The translations under genes and the position numbers were made by a program. The notes under the pieces are model-generated. The model did no database searches. It saw only the letters and a program-made list of their open reading frames with translations, and was not told the origin of the DNA. Positions 34,401 through 46,413 of a DNA stretch of 64,000 nt are shown one piece after another (the stretch's first letter is position 1; each line of letters starts with the position of its first letter). The stretch spans positions 32,001-96,000 of the forward strand of contig CAWHXP010000014.1 of the NCBI GenBank assembly GCA_963833425.1. The letters run 5' to 3'. Source of the stretch: an uncultured Methanosarcinaceae archaeon. GTDB lineage: Archaea; Halobacteriota; Methanosarcinia; Methanosarcinales; Methanosarcinaceae.

Positions 34401-35780
34401 TTAGTTTCTTCACGTACTTTTGTGTCAAATAAACTCTGAATCTATTTATATTGATGAGAAGCTATGCAAGTATTAAATACTCTATAATCCGATTTCAATG
34501 TCACTATTTTAACTGGGGTTGAACGAGCGAGTTTGGGAGTGGGGGGGTTAGTACATAAAAAAGTTTATATGGCTCGCCCGTTCAATTTTTTACAAGTATT
34601 TTGTTTTATATATACCTTTCTAAGTTTATCGAATTTATTTTTTTACAATTTCCAAATTTGTTCAATGGTTGTTCTGAAAGTTGACCCTTTTAAAAGATAT
34701 CGTGTGCATAGAATTGCACGATTTTATAAAACTTTTTTATAACCACAAAGTTCTTAAATCCTGAAGCCATTAAACAATAGGATTAAAAAGTGTGATGCGT
34801 AGGTATCTGTTTTGCCGAAATTCCTTTAAAGGTGGGCAGGAGCTGTGCTGTCAGGTCGTATCAATTAACAATTTCATTATTCATCATTGCTAAATTCGTA
34901 AAGACAACTTAATTTAATTAATTCGCATGCAAATCTACAAATTTTAGATTTATACCAAATCAGGCCAAATTTAAACCAGTAAAGTTAAAATTTATACTCA
35001 TCACCCATGAAGTTAAAGTAAATGCGTGCTATCAATAAAAATGATGCATATTATTTACTGCTTTATCACTTATCATTAGGGAGTTCCTTATTTGCGGGAT
35101 TAGGCGTTTGGCACTCTTTTGATGCTCACGCACGGATTACCCGCTTTTCAGGGTCATTTATGGAAAATTTCAGTTATCGGGCATCGAAGATGAACACAAG
35201 TTTTAGCTTCTGGCTCTGAAGATTATTTTAGGGTCACGAATAAAACTTATGTTAGGGCGAGGGCTTTCGGGCATGTATAGAATACCTCAGGGATATCGTC
35301 GGTACTATTGGTGATTGGCTCAAAAGTCATCGTTTATCGACTCGAAAAGTTAGGATGTATACATTCAGGATAGCTGGGCTGGCACTTTACCTAGCTTTCA
35401 TGAGGTAAGATCTCCATTATCTAGATCCATCCGGATATTTTTCGGGATCAGATCCCCTGGAATAGGTAATGATGGTATTGAAGGCAGAGCTAGAGTTATC
35501 TTTCCGGTCGTAATTGTCATTAATTCTTAGATCTGCTTCTTCACGGGTGCACTATCACTGATTCGGTATAAAATCTGATTTTTTACTATTTTTGCATTGT
35601 CTGAACCTTTACGAGTTTTCATGTATCGAAGATAGTTTTGTGTCTTAAGGCAAGTGGATTCAACGTCCAGAATATCAGTTGTATCGTAATTGTTCGGGGG
35701 CATTGAATAAATTTTCTTTGAGATTTTATTTGAAAAATTGTTCATGATGAATTATTCACAATATTTCCAGGAGAATTTAT

Positions 35781-37361
35781 ATGCAAAATACGGATACTAC
35801 AAAGTATATTATCCATTCTAAAATTAATGCTGATGGTGTAATAGAACGCCCTGATATCGTAGGCGCGATTTTTGGCCAGACTGAAGGATTACTTGGGGCT
35901 GATCTTGATTTGCGCGATTTGCAAAAAACTGGCAGAATTGGTAGGATAGAGGTAATGGTTACCGCTAAAGGTGGGAAGACCAAAGGGAATATCTTTGTCC
36001 CTTCAAGTCTTGATAAGGTTGAGACGTCTATTCTCGCCGCGTCTCTTGAAACTATTGATAGGGTAGGTCCTTGCAGTGCCAAAATTGAGGTCTTTCAAGT
36101 AGAAGATGTCAGAGCTGTGAAGCGCAAAAAAATAATTGAAAGGGCAAAACTTATCTTCACCAAAATGTTTGACGAGACTGTGCCTGAATCGCAGGAACTG
36201 GCTGATGAAGTTCGGCAGTCTGTAAGGGTTGATGAGCTTACTTATTATGGAAAATCCAGAATTCCCTGTGGACCAAATGTTCTTAATTCTGATGCCATTA
36301 TTATTGTGGAGGGGAGGGCTGACATCCTGAATCTCCTTCGCTATGGTATTAAGAATACTATTTGTGTGGGTGGAACAAATATTCCTCCTGAGGTTGCAGA
36401 TCTTACTAAAAAGAAGACAGTAACTGCTTTTACGGATGGTGATCGTGGAGGCGAACTAATAGTTCGTGAGCTTTTGCAGGTAGCAGATATTGACTATGTT
36501 GCTCGTGCTCCAGATGGGAAATGTGTGGAGGACCTTGTCCAGAAGGAAATTATCAGATCTCTTCGCCGAAAGGTTCCAGTGGAACAGATTATTGAAAAAT
36601 ATGGAATTCAGGAAAGGGAAATAGAAGAAGATGCCTGCAGGGTTGAAAGAATTCCAAAAAGGAAGGTTAGGGCACCTGAAATTGTTCCACGAATTGCGGA
36701 AAAGAAGCTGCACAAGCGTGTTAAAATACACAGGGTCTCCTCAAAGTCAGATTTATATGGAGAGAATCTTCCGAAAGAAGAAGAGATTGAAGGATTAGGT
36801 TATGGGAAAATATTTGAAGAAGTTCATGAAAAAATCCCGGAAAAGCTCCCAGGAAAAACTTTCGAAAAAGTATCTGGGAAAAATTTTCTCGTAACAGAAC
36901 AAGTAGAAACAAGGCCTGTTGTCGCAAACTCAACGGTTTTGTCTAGGGCATCCCAGAAGGGCAAAGTTCCGAGAGGAAAACCTTCAAATGATCAGATTTC
37001 AGCCTTGAAGGTTCCTGGGGGTGAGGCTGTCAGAGTTTCTCCTGCCCCGGCAAGGATAGCATCTATTTCTCCCGAAGCCGTCAGGTTCAGGCCTCACGTT
37101 GAAGCTCTTAAAGGAACTCTTACGGCCAGAATTTTGGATCCTGATGACAGGGTGGTAGAAGAAATTGCAGTTCGGGATCTTGCCAGCAGATTGAAAGCCT
37201 ATAAAGATGATGTTTTTAGTGTGGTTTTTGACGGTGTAATTACACAGAGACTTGTAGATATTGCCTCAAGCAATGCTATTAAGAGTCTTATAGGTATAAA
37301 AATTGGAAATCTTGCTAAAGTCCCGGTTGATCTGGAAATATTGACTTCTACAACGCTATGA
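35781..37361 (+). CDS. dnaG: Archaeal DnaG (exosome-associated, primase-like Toprim protein)
   Basis: [35 protein letters not shown]; long charged linker; C-terminal [10 protein letters not shown]. Confidence 0.95.
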   Translation: MQNTDTTKYIIHSKINADGVIERPDIVGAIFGQTEGLLGADLDLRDLQKTGRIGRIEVMVTAKGGKTKGNIFVPSSLDKVETSILAASLETIDRVGPCSAKIEVFQVEDVRAVKRKKIIERAKLIFTKMFDETVPESQELADEVRQSVRVDELTYYGKSRIPCGPNVLNSDAIIIVEGRADILNLLRYGIKNTICVGGTNIPPEVADLTKKKTVTAFTDGDRGGELIVRELLQVADIDYVARAPDGKCVEDLVQKEIIRSLRRKVPVEQIIEKYGIQEREIEEDACRVERIPKRKVRAPEIVPRIAEKKLHKRVKIHRVSSKSDLYGENLPKEEEIEGLGYGKIFEEVHEKIPEKLPGKTFEKVSGKNFLVTEQVETRPVVANSTVLSRASQKGKVPRGKPSNDQISALKVPGGEAVRVSPAPARIASISPEAVRFRPHVEALKGTLTARILDPDDRVVEEIAVRDLASRLKAYKDDVFSVVFDGVITQRLVDIASSNAIKSLIGIKIGNLAKVPVDLEILTSTTL

Positions 37362-37849
37362 GATGTTTTTCCCTTATCATTTAACTTTTTTACAATTTTT
37401 ACTTTTGTTTATTTTTTGATTTTTAATAGTTTCTCTTTTTTATATGTATTATTTTATTTAGCATGTTACGATTGATTGTCCTTTTGTTTATTATAATTAA
37501 TGTTCTTATTTCTTATTTGTTTTTTTGTTGTGTCTTTGAATCATGATCTTATCTGAAAAATGAGTATGTCTCTGATTTTTGGAAAAATCTAAAAAGAGTG
37601 TTATGTTTATAATTTATAAATAACCAATAGAAATCACCATTTTTTTTTCTAAAATTAAAAGTCTCTAGATTTTATTTTTTATTTAACTTTAAGGCTGAAG
37701 ACTCCTTTTTCAACACGCATCGATTGTAGGTATGGGATGATAGTAATCGATTTTCATTTTTTTTAAGATAGAAAATATGTAAATATTTGTAGTAGGTATT
37801 TAACATAATAACTATTGGATATCATCTGGATCAATGGAGCTAGTTTGCT

Positions 37850-38630
37850 GTGCAATTAACTCTTATTTTGTTCAAGGGGTATGATAAATAGGAAAAATCA
37901 TCATAGTCAAAGGATGATACATTTACTAATATATAGAATATATGATATAATTAACACTTTGATGTAGAAGTTATAAGTGTTGATTATGATCTAAATCATT
38001 TCCACACGATTTTCACTTCAAAATCAACATCAGACATCCTTAAATATATCAATATTTTAAATACTATCTCTTCAAGAGAAATAAGAAAAGAATTTCCTGA
38101 AATTAAATTACTATTATGGGAAGATACCTCTTGGTCAAGATATATTTCATAGCAATAAATGGGCACGTGACATTAGATATTTTGATAAGGTACGTTGAAC
38201 GTCAGAGCAAACGTGCAACTAACGAAGAAAATACAAATTTATCAGACTGACTAACAGATTGATGTTCTTTGGGAATTACTCGACAAATACAGGGTAGTTT
38301 GCGTCTTTGTTCTAGCAGATAAAAACGTGCTTATGAGGAGAAATGCTTATTGTAAAATGCGCTGAAAAGCAAAATAAACTTTCTGATTTCAAAAAACGTA
38401 ATCCTGAATTCAGTGCAGATATTCAAAAAAACTCAAAGTATCTTGAAAATACTTGATAGTAGTTATCATTCTTTTTTTAGCAACATTAAAAATGGAGATT
38501 TGGAAGTACGACCATCTAACTTTAAATTTAGGAATTCTCTTATGACTTTGCCCTATAATTAAAGCAGTTCCAAGGTTGAAAATAATATATTTACATTTTC
38601 ATATAAGGTAAATGATGTTCTTTTTCCTTT
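37850..38630 (+). mobile_element. Decayed IS605-type element (tnpA followed by the 5' part of tnpB), truncated next to IS6
   Basis: FDVEVISVDYDLNHFHTIF..SSREIRKEFPEIK..LWED (TnpA), then VQLTKKIQI and SYHSFFSNIKNGDLEVRPSNFK (TnpB N-terminal region). Confidence 0.72.
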
Positions 38631-38642
38631 GGTAGTAATTTA

Positions 38643-39496
38643 GGTTCCGTTGCAAAAAATTTTTTCTAATAATACAATAGAATAAAAAGAAAACCAAAGA
38701 CAGTAATATGCTATCTAATTCCTTTAAATGGAAGCATTATGAAGGGGAAATTATCCTATTAAATGTAAGATGGTACTTAAAATATCCATTAAGCTATAGA
38801 AATTTAAAGGAAATGATGGCAGAAAGGGGAGTAAAAGTCTACCATACAACAATCATGAGATGGGTACATCAATATTCACCTGAAATAGAAAAGAAGATAA
38901 GAAGACATTTAAGGCTAACAAACTATTCGTGGAGAGTTGATGAAACCTATATCAAAGTAAAAGGTAAATGGGACTATTTTTATCGAGCAGTTGACTCAAA
39001 TGGAGATACAATTGATTTCATGTTAAGTTCAAAACTAAATAGAAAAGCAGCGAAGAGATTCTTTAAGAAAGCTTTAAGTTTTAATCATAATCAAATTCCA
39101 AGATTAATAACCGTTGATAAGAATCCAGCTTATCCACCTGCTAGAGATTAACTGAAAAATGAAAAGAAATTGTCTAAAAATGTTGAAATTAGACAAATCA
39201 ACTATTTGAATAATATTATAGAACAACATCACAGATCTATAAAGAGAATTGTTAATCCAATGTTAGGATTTCAGTCTTTTCAATCTGCTAATAAGACTTT
39301 AAAAGGAATTGAAGCTATGAATATGATCAAAAAAGGACAAGTAAATGATCTAAATTACTCTGTTTTTAATGAAGTCAAATACATTAATCAATTGTTTGGT
39401 TTAATTTTATAATGTTAGTACATTTTCTTTGAATATTTTGATTTTTATTCATTACTTATAAATTTACATATTTTTTGAATTTTTTGCAACGGAACC
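38643..39496 (+). mobile_element. IS6-family element, frameshifted transposase (38708..39412)
   Basis: Perfect TIRs ggttccgttgcaaaaaa / ttttttgcaacggaacc; FKWKHY, WRVDETYIKVKG, TVDKNPAY, YLNNIIEQHH. Confidence 0.93.
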
Positions 39497-40039
39497 ATTC
39501 AAGCTACCAAAAATTAGTTGGTTAATATCAATTGCTATTACACCAACAAATTTTGATAAATTACAATACTTACTGAGCTTAATTAGTTATTTTAAATTAA
39601 TTATAAAAAAATAGTTTTTGAATAAAAGTTACTTCTACATAAAATATTTCAACACTGGACAACAATTAGATATTAATGTTGTTTTATAATAGTTTCTGAA
39701 TAAAACTTATTTCACCATGAAACATTTTAAAAATTAACTGCAAAAAAATAGGATGTTGCGCCAATAGTTTTTACTGACAAAGTTAAGATAATTACTAACT
39801 CGAATTAGCGAAAAGCCTAAATGTATAAATATGAGCTAGTTCAAACTGGAAAAAATTAAATATATTGTACTAGGATCGGCCATATGCAGTGGATTCATCC
39901 ATGATGTAGAATATCACAGAAAACAAAATATAATATTACAAATAGAGAAAAAAGCTATTTTTATTTAAGTTAACAAGTAATTGTATTTACGTTAATCGTT
40001 AAATATAGACACATCATCTTCAAAGAAGAAGAGTATCAA

Positions 40040-40276
40040 GTGAATAAAATTAAAATAAAGCTGGAGCGATTTGCAGCAAACAGTTTAAATCCTGTGATCA
40101 GTCTGGCAAATGATGGGACTGTTCTTTACTCAAATGTGGCTGGAGAGCCCTTATTACATGAGTGGAACGTGAGAATCGGGGAAAAAATGCCTTCTTATAT
40201 CGAAGATTTCGTGCAAAAGGTAATTCCCAAGAATAGCCCGGAAAAAATTAAAGTTAAACTGGGAAATAAATTGTAG
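40040..40276 (+). pseudogene. PAS-domain sensor protein N-terminal fragment, cut by an IS5 end
   Basis: NPVISLANDGTVLYSNVAGEPLL PAS-like sequence; the stop codon overlaps the IS TIR. Confidence 0.7.
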
Positions 40277-40579
40277 AGGATTTCGATAAACTTCGGATTT
40301 TATTTCTTAGCAGTGATTTCTCATATCTTCCCCTCAATTTCTCTATTTAATTCCTCTTTTTGGCTTTACTTATTCTCAATTCTTTGATTTTAAGGATAGC
40401 TTCCGCTATCTTCAATATACTTTTTTTATTTTCAATGTCCTCAATTGATGGAGATTATAACAAAAAGCCGTACACAACATTTTTAGATTTACTCTTTTAA
40501 CAGTAGTAACAAAAACTCTTCCTGCTTTGAAAATTTCTTTCGTTACTGAATAAACTCTTTCCCCTTGGAATCTTTTTGA
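40276..40579 (-). mobile_element. Partial IS5 copy (right ~300 bp, inverted)
   Basis: Near-exact reverse complement of ~50185-50487. Confidence 0.9.
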
Positions 40580-40988
40580 TCAGGTGTAATAAGACTTTCT
40601 GTTTTGCCTAAATCAGTATCAAAGACGATTTTATTTGGCTGAATAGTCACCAAAAAACAAGTTTATCATTTATTTTAATGCATATGTTTTATTTTAAAAC
40701 CTATGGATTAACGTAGATATTCTAAAATACAAAGAAACGCGTAATCAAATGGCCTTTTTGAAATGTATACATCCTAAAATGTGGATGTATGATTTTGAAT
40801 ATAAGATATCCTAGCTCATTCTTGGTTTCGATATTTATAAACAAAATTTGCCTGAAAATGTTGTTTAAATGTTATTTTATAGTTAGGACCGTTTGATTGA
40901 ACGACACTTTTCTCCTGCAAATTCAGTGTTTCAGTTCATAAATCCAAAAATCACTAAATTTTGGGCTAGAGTCCATAAGGATGGATTT

Positions 40989-41657
40989 TTATTTTATCAA
41001 TCCTTTATGGACATACAAATCATAATCATGAGCAAAGCGCTCCTTATTGAATTCTGCCAGCTGGCAAAAATATTCTGTGCGCTGACGATGTATTTCCTCC
41101 TGGTCGGGATATTTGATTTCTCCACGAATTGCCTTTACCAATTGCTTTCCAAGATCTTGCGCAGGCCCTATATAATTTTCAAGTGGCGATTGTCTTTCCC
41201 GAGTATAACTTCCAATGCTTCCAACAACTGTAACGCCAAGATTTATGAGAACGCCATTCATGTATTTCAAGACTTCATCATCGCCACTTCCCCCTGCAGT
41301 ACATACCGAGCACCCAAATATTCCAGTTAGCGTCTGGCCGTGAATAGCATCTGAAAGCCTATCGGAAAGAGCTTTCATTGGAGCCGGAACAGAGTTAATG
41401 TAGTTCGGAGCACCAAGAACAACTCCATCGGCGTTCATAATCTTACCAAATATCTCCATAAAATCATCAAATAAAGAACATTCACCCGTAGCTTAACAGG
41501 CTCCACATCCAGTACAATATTCGATATTCAGTTTATAGAGATCCATAAGCTCAGTTTCTGCCCCTGCAGATTCAGCACCTTTGAGTACAGAATTTACCAG
41601 TTTTAAGGTGTTACTTGCATTGCCCTTTGGACTTGCATTGATTCCAATTATTTTCAT
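40989..41657 (-). pseudogene. Iron-sulfur flavoprotein / NADPH-dependent FMN reductase family gene with one internal TAA
   Basis: MKIIGINASPKG..CTGCGAC*ATGEC..ADGVVLGAPNY; stop at 41493-41495, frame otherwise continuous. Confidence 0.85.
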
Positions 41658-41689
41658 TTAGCTTCCTCGACTAAATATTTCAAAATAAA

Positions 41690-41777
41690 GAGAATTCCTA
41701 TTTACTTGTGATTTTCACGAGTTGTCTATATAGAATTTATAGCATATAACTAAATTAAGGAGTTGATTGAAATTCTC
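41690..41777. mobile_element. Degenerate ~88-bp MITE
   Basis: gagaattcct..tgattttcacgagtt....ttgattgaaattctc; interior matches the family. Confidence 0.55.
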
Positions 41778-41828
41778 TCTACACCAATTGATTTAAGGAT
41801 TAAAAAAGGTACTTGAGTTGGTATATAT

Positions 41829-41962
41829 ATGCAAGCAATTGAAGTATCTCATCGCATCAAAAAATTCGGCTCTCTCACGCAGTCAATGATATTAATTTCT
41901 CAGTTGGCGAGGGGAAACCTTTGGTTTTTGGGTCCTAATTATACCGGTAAAACTACTACACT
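41829..41962 (+). pseudogene. ABC transporter ATP-binding protein 5' fragment
   Basis: MQAIEVSHRIKKFG, AVNDINFSVGEG, LGPNYTGKTTT in shifting frames. Confidence 0.7.
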
Positions 41963-41989
41963 AGTATTGCTGTTACCAGAGTTTTCTTT

Positions 41990-42464
41990 GTGAAATCTAT
42001 AGGAATGAAGTGAAATTTTGCTGGGGGTTTCCATCCCAACTCAGCAAGTCGAGAAGCTTAAATTCTTGTGCGGCTTGGCAATAATCTCAAATACTTCCAA
42101 CTGCCCCATCATTTCAGGCCACCTAAATGCAAAGGTATCCATCCTGCCCCAGGATTACATACTGCTTTACTCCCTGCTGGATAGATTTCTCGAGAATATC
42201 TTCCGCGTAGCGTGACGGCTAACAACACTATTAATTCCTTGTATCAAGAAATCTGAGATCATTTTCTGATCAAAACACGCTCGATGTCTCAGAATCATTT
42301 AACTGTTCATCCCAAGGAGTCAAATATTGTTCAATCAGTGATTTTCCCCCGGGCAAATGATGAGCCAGGGAATCACCAAATATTTTTGAAGTTTTATGCT
42401 TGGTCTGATAGGCACGTATGTAGACTACCATTATTGCAGTAAAACTTGCTTGATTCTCTTTCAT
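41990..42464 (-). pseudogene. LCM-type SAM methyltransferase pseudogene
   Basis: ASFTAIMVVYIRAY..KIFGDSLA; GVKQYVILG/GMDTFAFR..LEVFEI. Confidence 0.7.
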
Positions 42465-42924
42465 ATAATAATCTCTTTTTTTACTTTATTCTCTTAGAAG
42501 TTGAAAGCTTAGTATTTTAATACATCAACTTAATGTCTGCCTCAGAAAACTATTTTGTTAAAATATATGAACTCAAAAATAATACGAAAAAATTTCCAAT
42601 CAATTAAGAAATCAATTTCAACAAGTTTGTCGCAAATTGACTGAAGACTTTTATATTGTTTAAGAGCAAATTCAGTAAGAGTTTTCATGAGTGAAAATAA
42701 TTGTTAAGAAATTTAAACTCTTTAATCCTCAGATATATAGGAGCTAATCGAAATATTTTGCATAATAACATTATATACATTCATGAGTTTAGTCAAATTA
42801 ACTTAAGCTAAAAATAGTATTGATTTTTTTTCATGAATTCGCGTATACTGTAAGGCTTAATATTTTTTGTGGTATTTTCTGGGTAAATATGAGAAATCTT
42901 TGAATCAGTAAAATATTAAAAAAT

Positions 42925-44580
42925 TCAATTTTTCAAAACTTTAGACATGTAAAAATTATCAAGAATGTATCCAAATTTCCGATAATATTCTCTGGCTCCT
43001 ATTCCACTAACAACAATAAGTTTTCTGTATCCAGCTTCACCCACTATTTTTTCTGCATATTCCAGAAGTTCCTTTCCATATCCTCGATGCTGCCAATCCG
43101 TCTGCTTCGCTTCCCTTCCTATGGGTACAATGGAGCCATATACATGCAACTCTCTTATCAAAGCGGCTTCCTGTAACTCTGGACGGTGAGGAACTGACGG
43201 GAAACGAAGGCGAATAAACCCTATCAAAATGTCAGTAACAAGATCTTCAAATGCTATGAAATATTCTGTACCTTCACATGCTTTGTAGGTTTCCACAGTC
43301 AGTTCGATATCTTTCTCGTTCACTTTTTTCCCTTTCAGACTGCTATGCCCTACTTCTCTGCAGCGGATGCAGTGGCATTTTCCTCCTTTTTCTATAAGCA
43401 TTTTTTTTGCAAGCTGTCTGAGATTGCTCTTCCGGACTCCTGCAAAGATCTGGTTGGCGGGAATATCGCGCTGTACCCTCTGGAGTCTTACCCATTTAGG
43501 CAGGATTGCCTTTATGTCAGCAACAAGTTCTACAGCCTCTTCATCCGAGAGAGCTTCATATTCCCCTGCTTCCCAGAGCCTGTATAGAGGAGTACCTTCA
43601 GTCACAAGGGTGGGATAAATCTTTAGATAATCAGGCCTGAAGCGAGAATCTTCAAACAATTTTTTGAAACATCTTAGGTCTAAGCTAGAATTCGAACCAG
43701 GTAGATGAGGCATCATATGAAACCCAACCTTTAATGCGCTGTCTCTTAATACTCGGTTGGCCCTTACAATTTCAGCGACTCCATGACCTCTCTGCATACG
43801 TGTGAGCACAAAATCATAAATACTCTGAACTCCAAGCTCTACCTTTGTTCCCCCAAGCCTGAGAAATTCATCCACATGTTTTGCTTCTGTCCAGTCTGGA
43901 CGAGTTTCAAATGTAATTCCTATGTTACGGATCCCAGTTATTTCGTTGGCTTTTTGTACTTCTTCAAGTGGTATATATGGTAAATATTTTCCAATTTTCC
44001 AAACATTTTCCCTCCATTTCTCAGAAGTGAAATCGTTCATAGCCTCGAGGCACTTTTTGGTAAACCATTCCTGATAATCAAGACTGCGTGAGGAAAATGT
44101 GCCCCCCATAACTATTAATTCTACCTTCTCTATATCGTGACCTATCTCCCTGAGCTGGGAGAGCCTGGATCTGACCTGAGAGTATGGATCGAACTCATTC
44201 TGAATTGCTCTCATAGCTGCAGGTTCCCTGCCCATATAACTTTGAGGAGATCTAAATACTGAGTTCGGGCCTCCGGGGCAAGGCAGGCAAACCCCATGTG
44301 GACATGGAGCGGGGGATGTCATTACGGCAATTACCGCCACGCCGGAAATTGTTCTCACCGGCTTCCGTTTAAGGAATTCCTTAATCTTAGTCTGCTCTTC
44401 TGGGACACCCTGCACTATGATGTCTCCGTTTCTGGGCAGGGTAGTCAAATGATAACTCTTACTGATTTTTTTTTTTGTTCTGTCCAACTGATTTTCGTCT
44501 TCTATTTCGCCTGCGAGTACTTTTTCACAAATGTCCCTGCAAGCCCTTATGTAATTATCTTCTCTCATCTCAAGTTCCAT
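42925..44580 (-). CDS. elp3: Elp3 tRNA wobble-uridine acetyltransferase (radical SAM + KAT)
   Basis: CPHGVCLPCPGG, ETRPD, LKIYPT, RELHVYG, QHRGYG. Confidence 0.95.
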   Translation of the reverse strand: MELEMREDNYIRACRDICEKVLAGEIEDENQLDRTKKKISKSYHLTTLPRNGDIIVQGVPEEQTKIKEFLKRKPVRTISGVAVIAVMTSPAPCPHGVCLPCPGGPNSVFRSPQSYMGREPAAMRAIQNEFDPYSQVRSRLSQLREIGHDIEKVELIVMGGTFSSRSLDYQEWFTKKCLEAMNDFTSEKWRENVWKIGKYLPYIPLEEVQKANEITGIRNIGITFETRPDWTEAKHVDEFLRLGGTKVELGVQSIYDFVLTRMQRGHGVAEIVRANRVLRDSALKVGFHMMPHLPGSNSSLDLRCFKKLFEDSRFRPDYLKIYPTLVTEGTPLYRLWEAGEYEALSDEEAVELVADIKAILPKWVRLQRVQRDIPANQIFAGVRKSNLRQLAKKMLIEKGGKCHCIRCREVGHSSLKGKKVNEKDIELTVETYKACEGTEYFIAFEDLVTDILIGFIRLRFPSVPHRPELQEAALIRELHVYGSIVPIGREAKQTDWQHRGYGKELLEYAEKIVGEAGYRKLIVVSGIGAREYYRKFGYILDNFYMSKVLKN

Positions 44581-44969
44581 CTTTTCAGCTTCTTAGTTTC
44601 CTTTTTTTTTCTTTTCGGCATTTCCTTAAATGAAATTCGATTTAAAAAATGCTTAAAACATTACTTCTTGCCTATTTTAAAAAGCAGTCTGTTTCGGTTC
44701 TGATTATAGTCAAATAAGCAATTAATTACACGTTTTATTTTTTATAAAATATTTTCATGCAGTCCTTTGAAAGTGATTCTAAGTTGGCTAACTCTGCATA
44801 TTTCCCTCAAATCAACTCTTTGAATCTCGTAACTGATTCTATGAATTATTTTAAATTTCTTTCTTTATACTTTCTCAAATAAATTCAAATTAATTTTAGA
44901 TCATGTTAATAGATGGCAGGGAAACAAATACCATAGAGAATTTAGATTTACCTTTGATTTTTATTTCTT

Positions 44970-45300
44970 TGCGGGGATCCTGTCCAAATCTTTCTCGCTA
45001 ATTTCTTTATATCCTATTATTTCTTTTTTGATTCGTTATTCTTCGATTTTAAAGATAGCTGACCCTTAACCAAAAAAATTCCTTTTATATTTCAATGTCA
45101 TCAAAAATAGAGATTATAACACGGAGTTGTACCAGCATCTTTATATTTATTTTTTGAAATTGTGAAAAGAACTTTTCTGTTTGAATATCTTTTATAGTTA
45201 TTGCATAAACTCGTTTCCCTCAAAATCTTTTTTAACTAATCTCTTGTTTCTTAATATATCGCCCATTTTCAAAGAGTGTTCTTTCATTGCTTTTTTCAAT
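44970..45300 (-). mobile_element. Older, diverged IS5 3'-end remnant
   Basis: Loose reverse-complement similarity to ~31800-32177 (gatagc, gagattataa, taaactc..ttccc). Confidence 0.5.
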
Positions 45301-45613
45301 GGTAATATTTTTTTCTCCAGAATTACCTACTTTATTACATTATATAATTTTTTGATATTTTTTAAATTTTATACAAATGGTTTTGAGGCTGAAGATATTC
45401 GAAACTACTTTACTCTTAAAAAAGATAATATATATTGAATTCATATTGATTATAACAATGTTATATTACCAGGATACAACTGGCGAATTAATATGATATA
45501 ATAAATGGAGATACGACAAATAATAAGCCTTCTCTGTAAACAAAGACCTGAGGATATATTTATGGATATGAAACTTCAAAGACCTTTCAGAATAACGATA
45601 AAAAAATAGTAGG

Positions 45614-46408
45614 TTGATAAATGTGAAATCCAACGGACTTTTGAGCATTCTAACCTTTTCTGAAAAAAGAAAAGATATTTTATTTCTGCTTGAGGAGAGT
45701 CCAAAAACTCTTTCAGAAATCAAAGATTATTTTGATGTAAGATCACCTGAAATTCTACCTCGTCTAAAGGAGATGGAATCAGCAAATATGATTGTCAGAC
45801 AGGATGGAATGTATCGTCTAACACCTCTTGGGAAAGTTTCAGCTGTATATTACAAACCTTTTCTCGATACTCTCACAGCTATAGAATCTAATGAAGATTT
45901 CTGGAAAAACCATGACCTAACTGCAATTCCTGATACACTATTAAGCAGAATTCAGGACCTTAAAGAGTGCAGGATCGTAAAAAATGAACATGAATACATT
46001 TATGATTCCCATAAGTCATTTATGGACAACGTCATGACTTCTACTTATTTTATGGGTTTTGCATCTATATTTCTCCCAAGCTTTCCTAAAATGTTTCTGG
46101 AGATCGCTCGTAAAAATATCCCAGTTTATATCATTGTTACCCCAAATGTTTTCTTCAAAGTAAAAAATGAGCATAGTCATGAAATTGAAGAATTTATTGG
46201 TTATAAACACACAAGTTTACATGTGTATGACAATGCGAAGATTTCCTTCGCCGTAACTGATCTATTCTTATCCCTGTCCCTTTTTTTCAAAAATGGAACC
46301 TTTGATCCCCGAAGTGACCTAGTGGGCTTTGATTCTTCCTCAATAAAATGGGGAGAAGATCTTTTTAAGCATTATAAAGAGAATTCAATAGAAATAAAAA
46401 GCATCTAA
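45614..46408 (+). CDS. Winged-helix regulator with a DUF1724-type C-terminal domain
   Basis: SEKRKDILFLL, YRLTPLGK, FWKNHDL, WGEDLF; family expanded in methanogens. Confidence 0.85.
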   Translation: MINVKSNGLLSILTFSEKRKDILFLLEESPKTLSEIKDYFDVRSPEILPRLKEMESANMIVRQDGMYRLTPLGKVSAVYYKPFLDTLTAIESNEDFWKNHDLTAIPDTLLSRIQDLKECRIVKNEHEYIYDSHKSFMDNVMTSTYFMGFASIFLPSFPKMFLEIARKNIPVYIIVTPNVFFKVKNEHSHEIEEFIGYKHTSLHVYDNAKISFAVTDLFLSLSLFFKNGTFDPRSDLVGFDSSSIKWGEDLFKHYKENSIEIKSI

Positions 46409-46413
46409 TTTTG

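Noticed and set aside
35527..35745. 72-aa minus-strand ORF upstream of dnaG
   Set aside because: No motif or RBS; not enough support to call a gene
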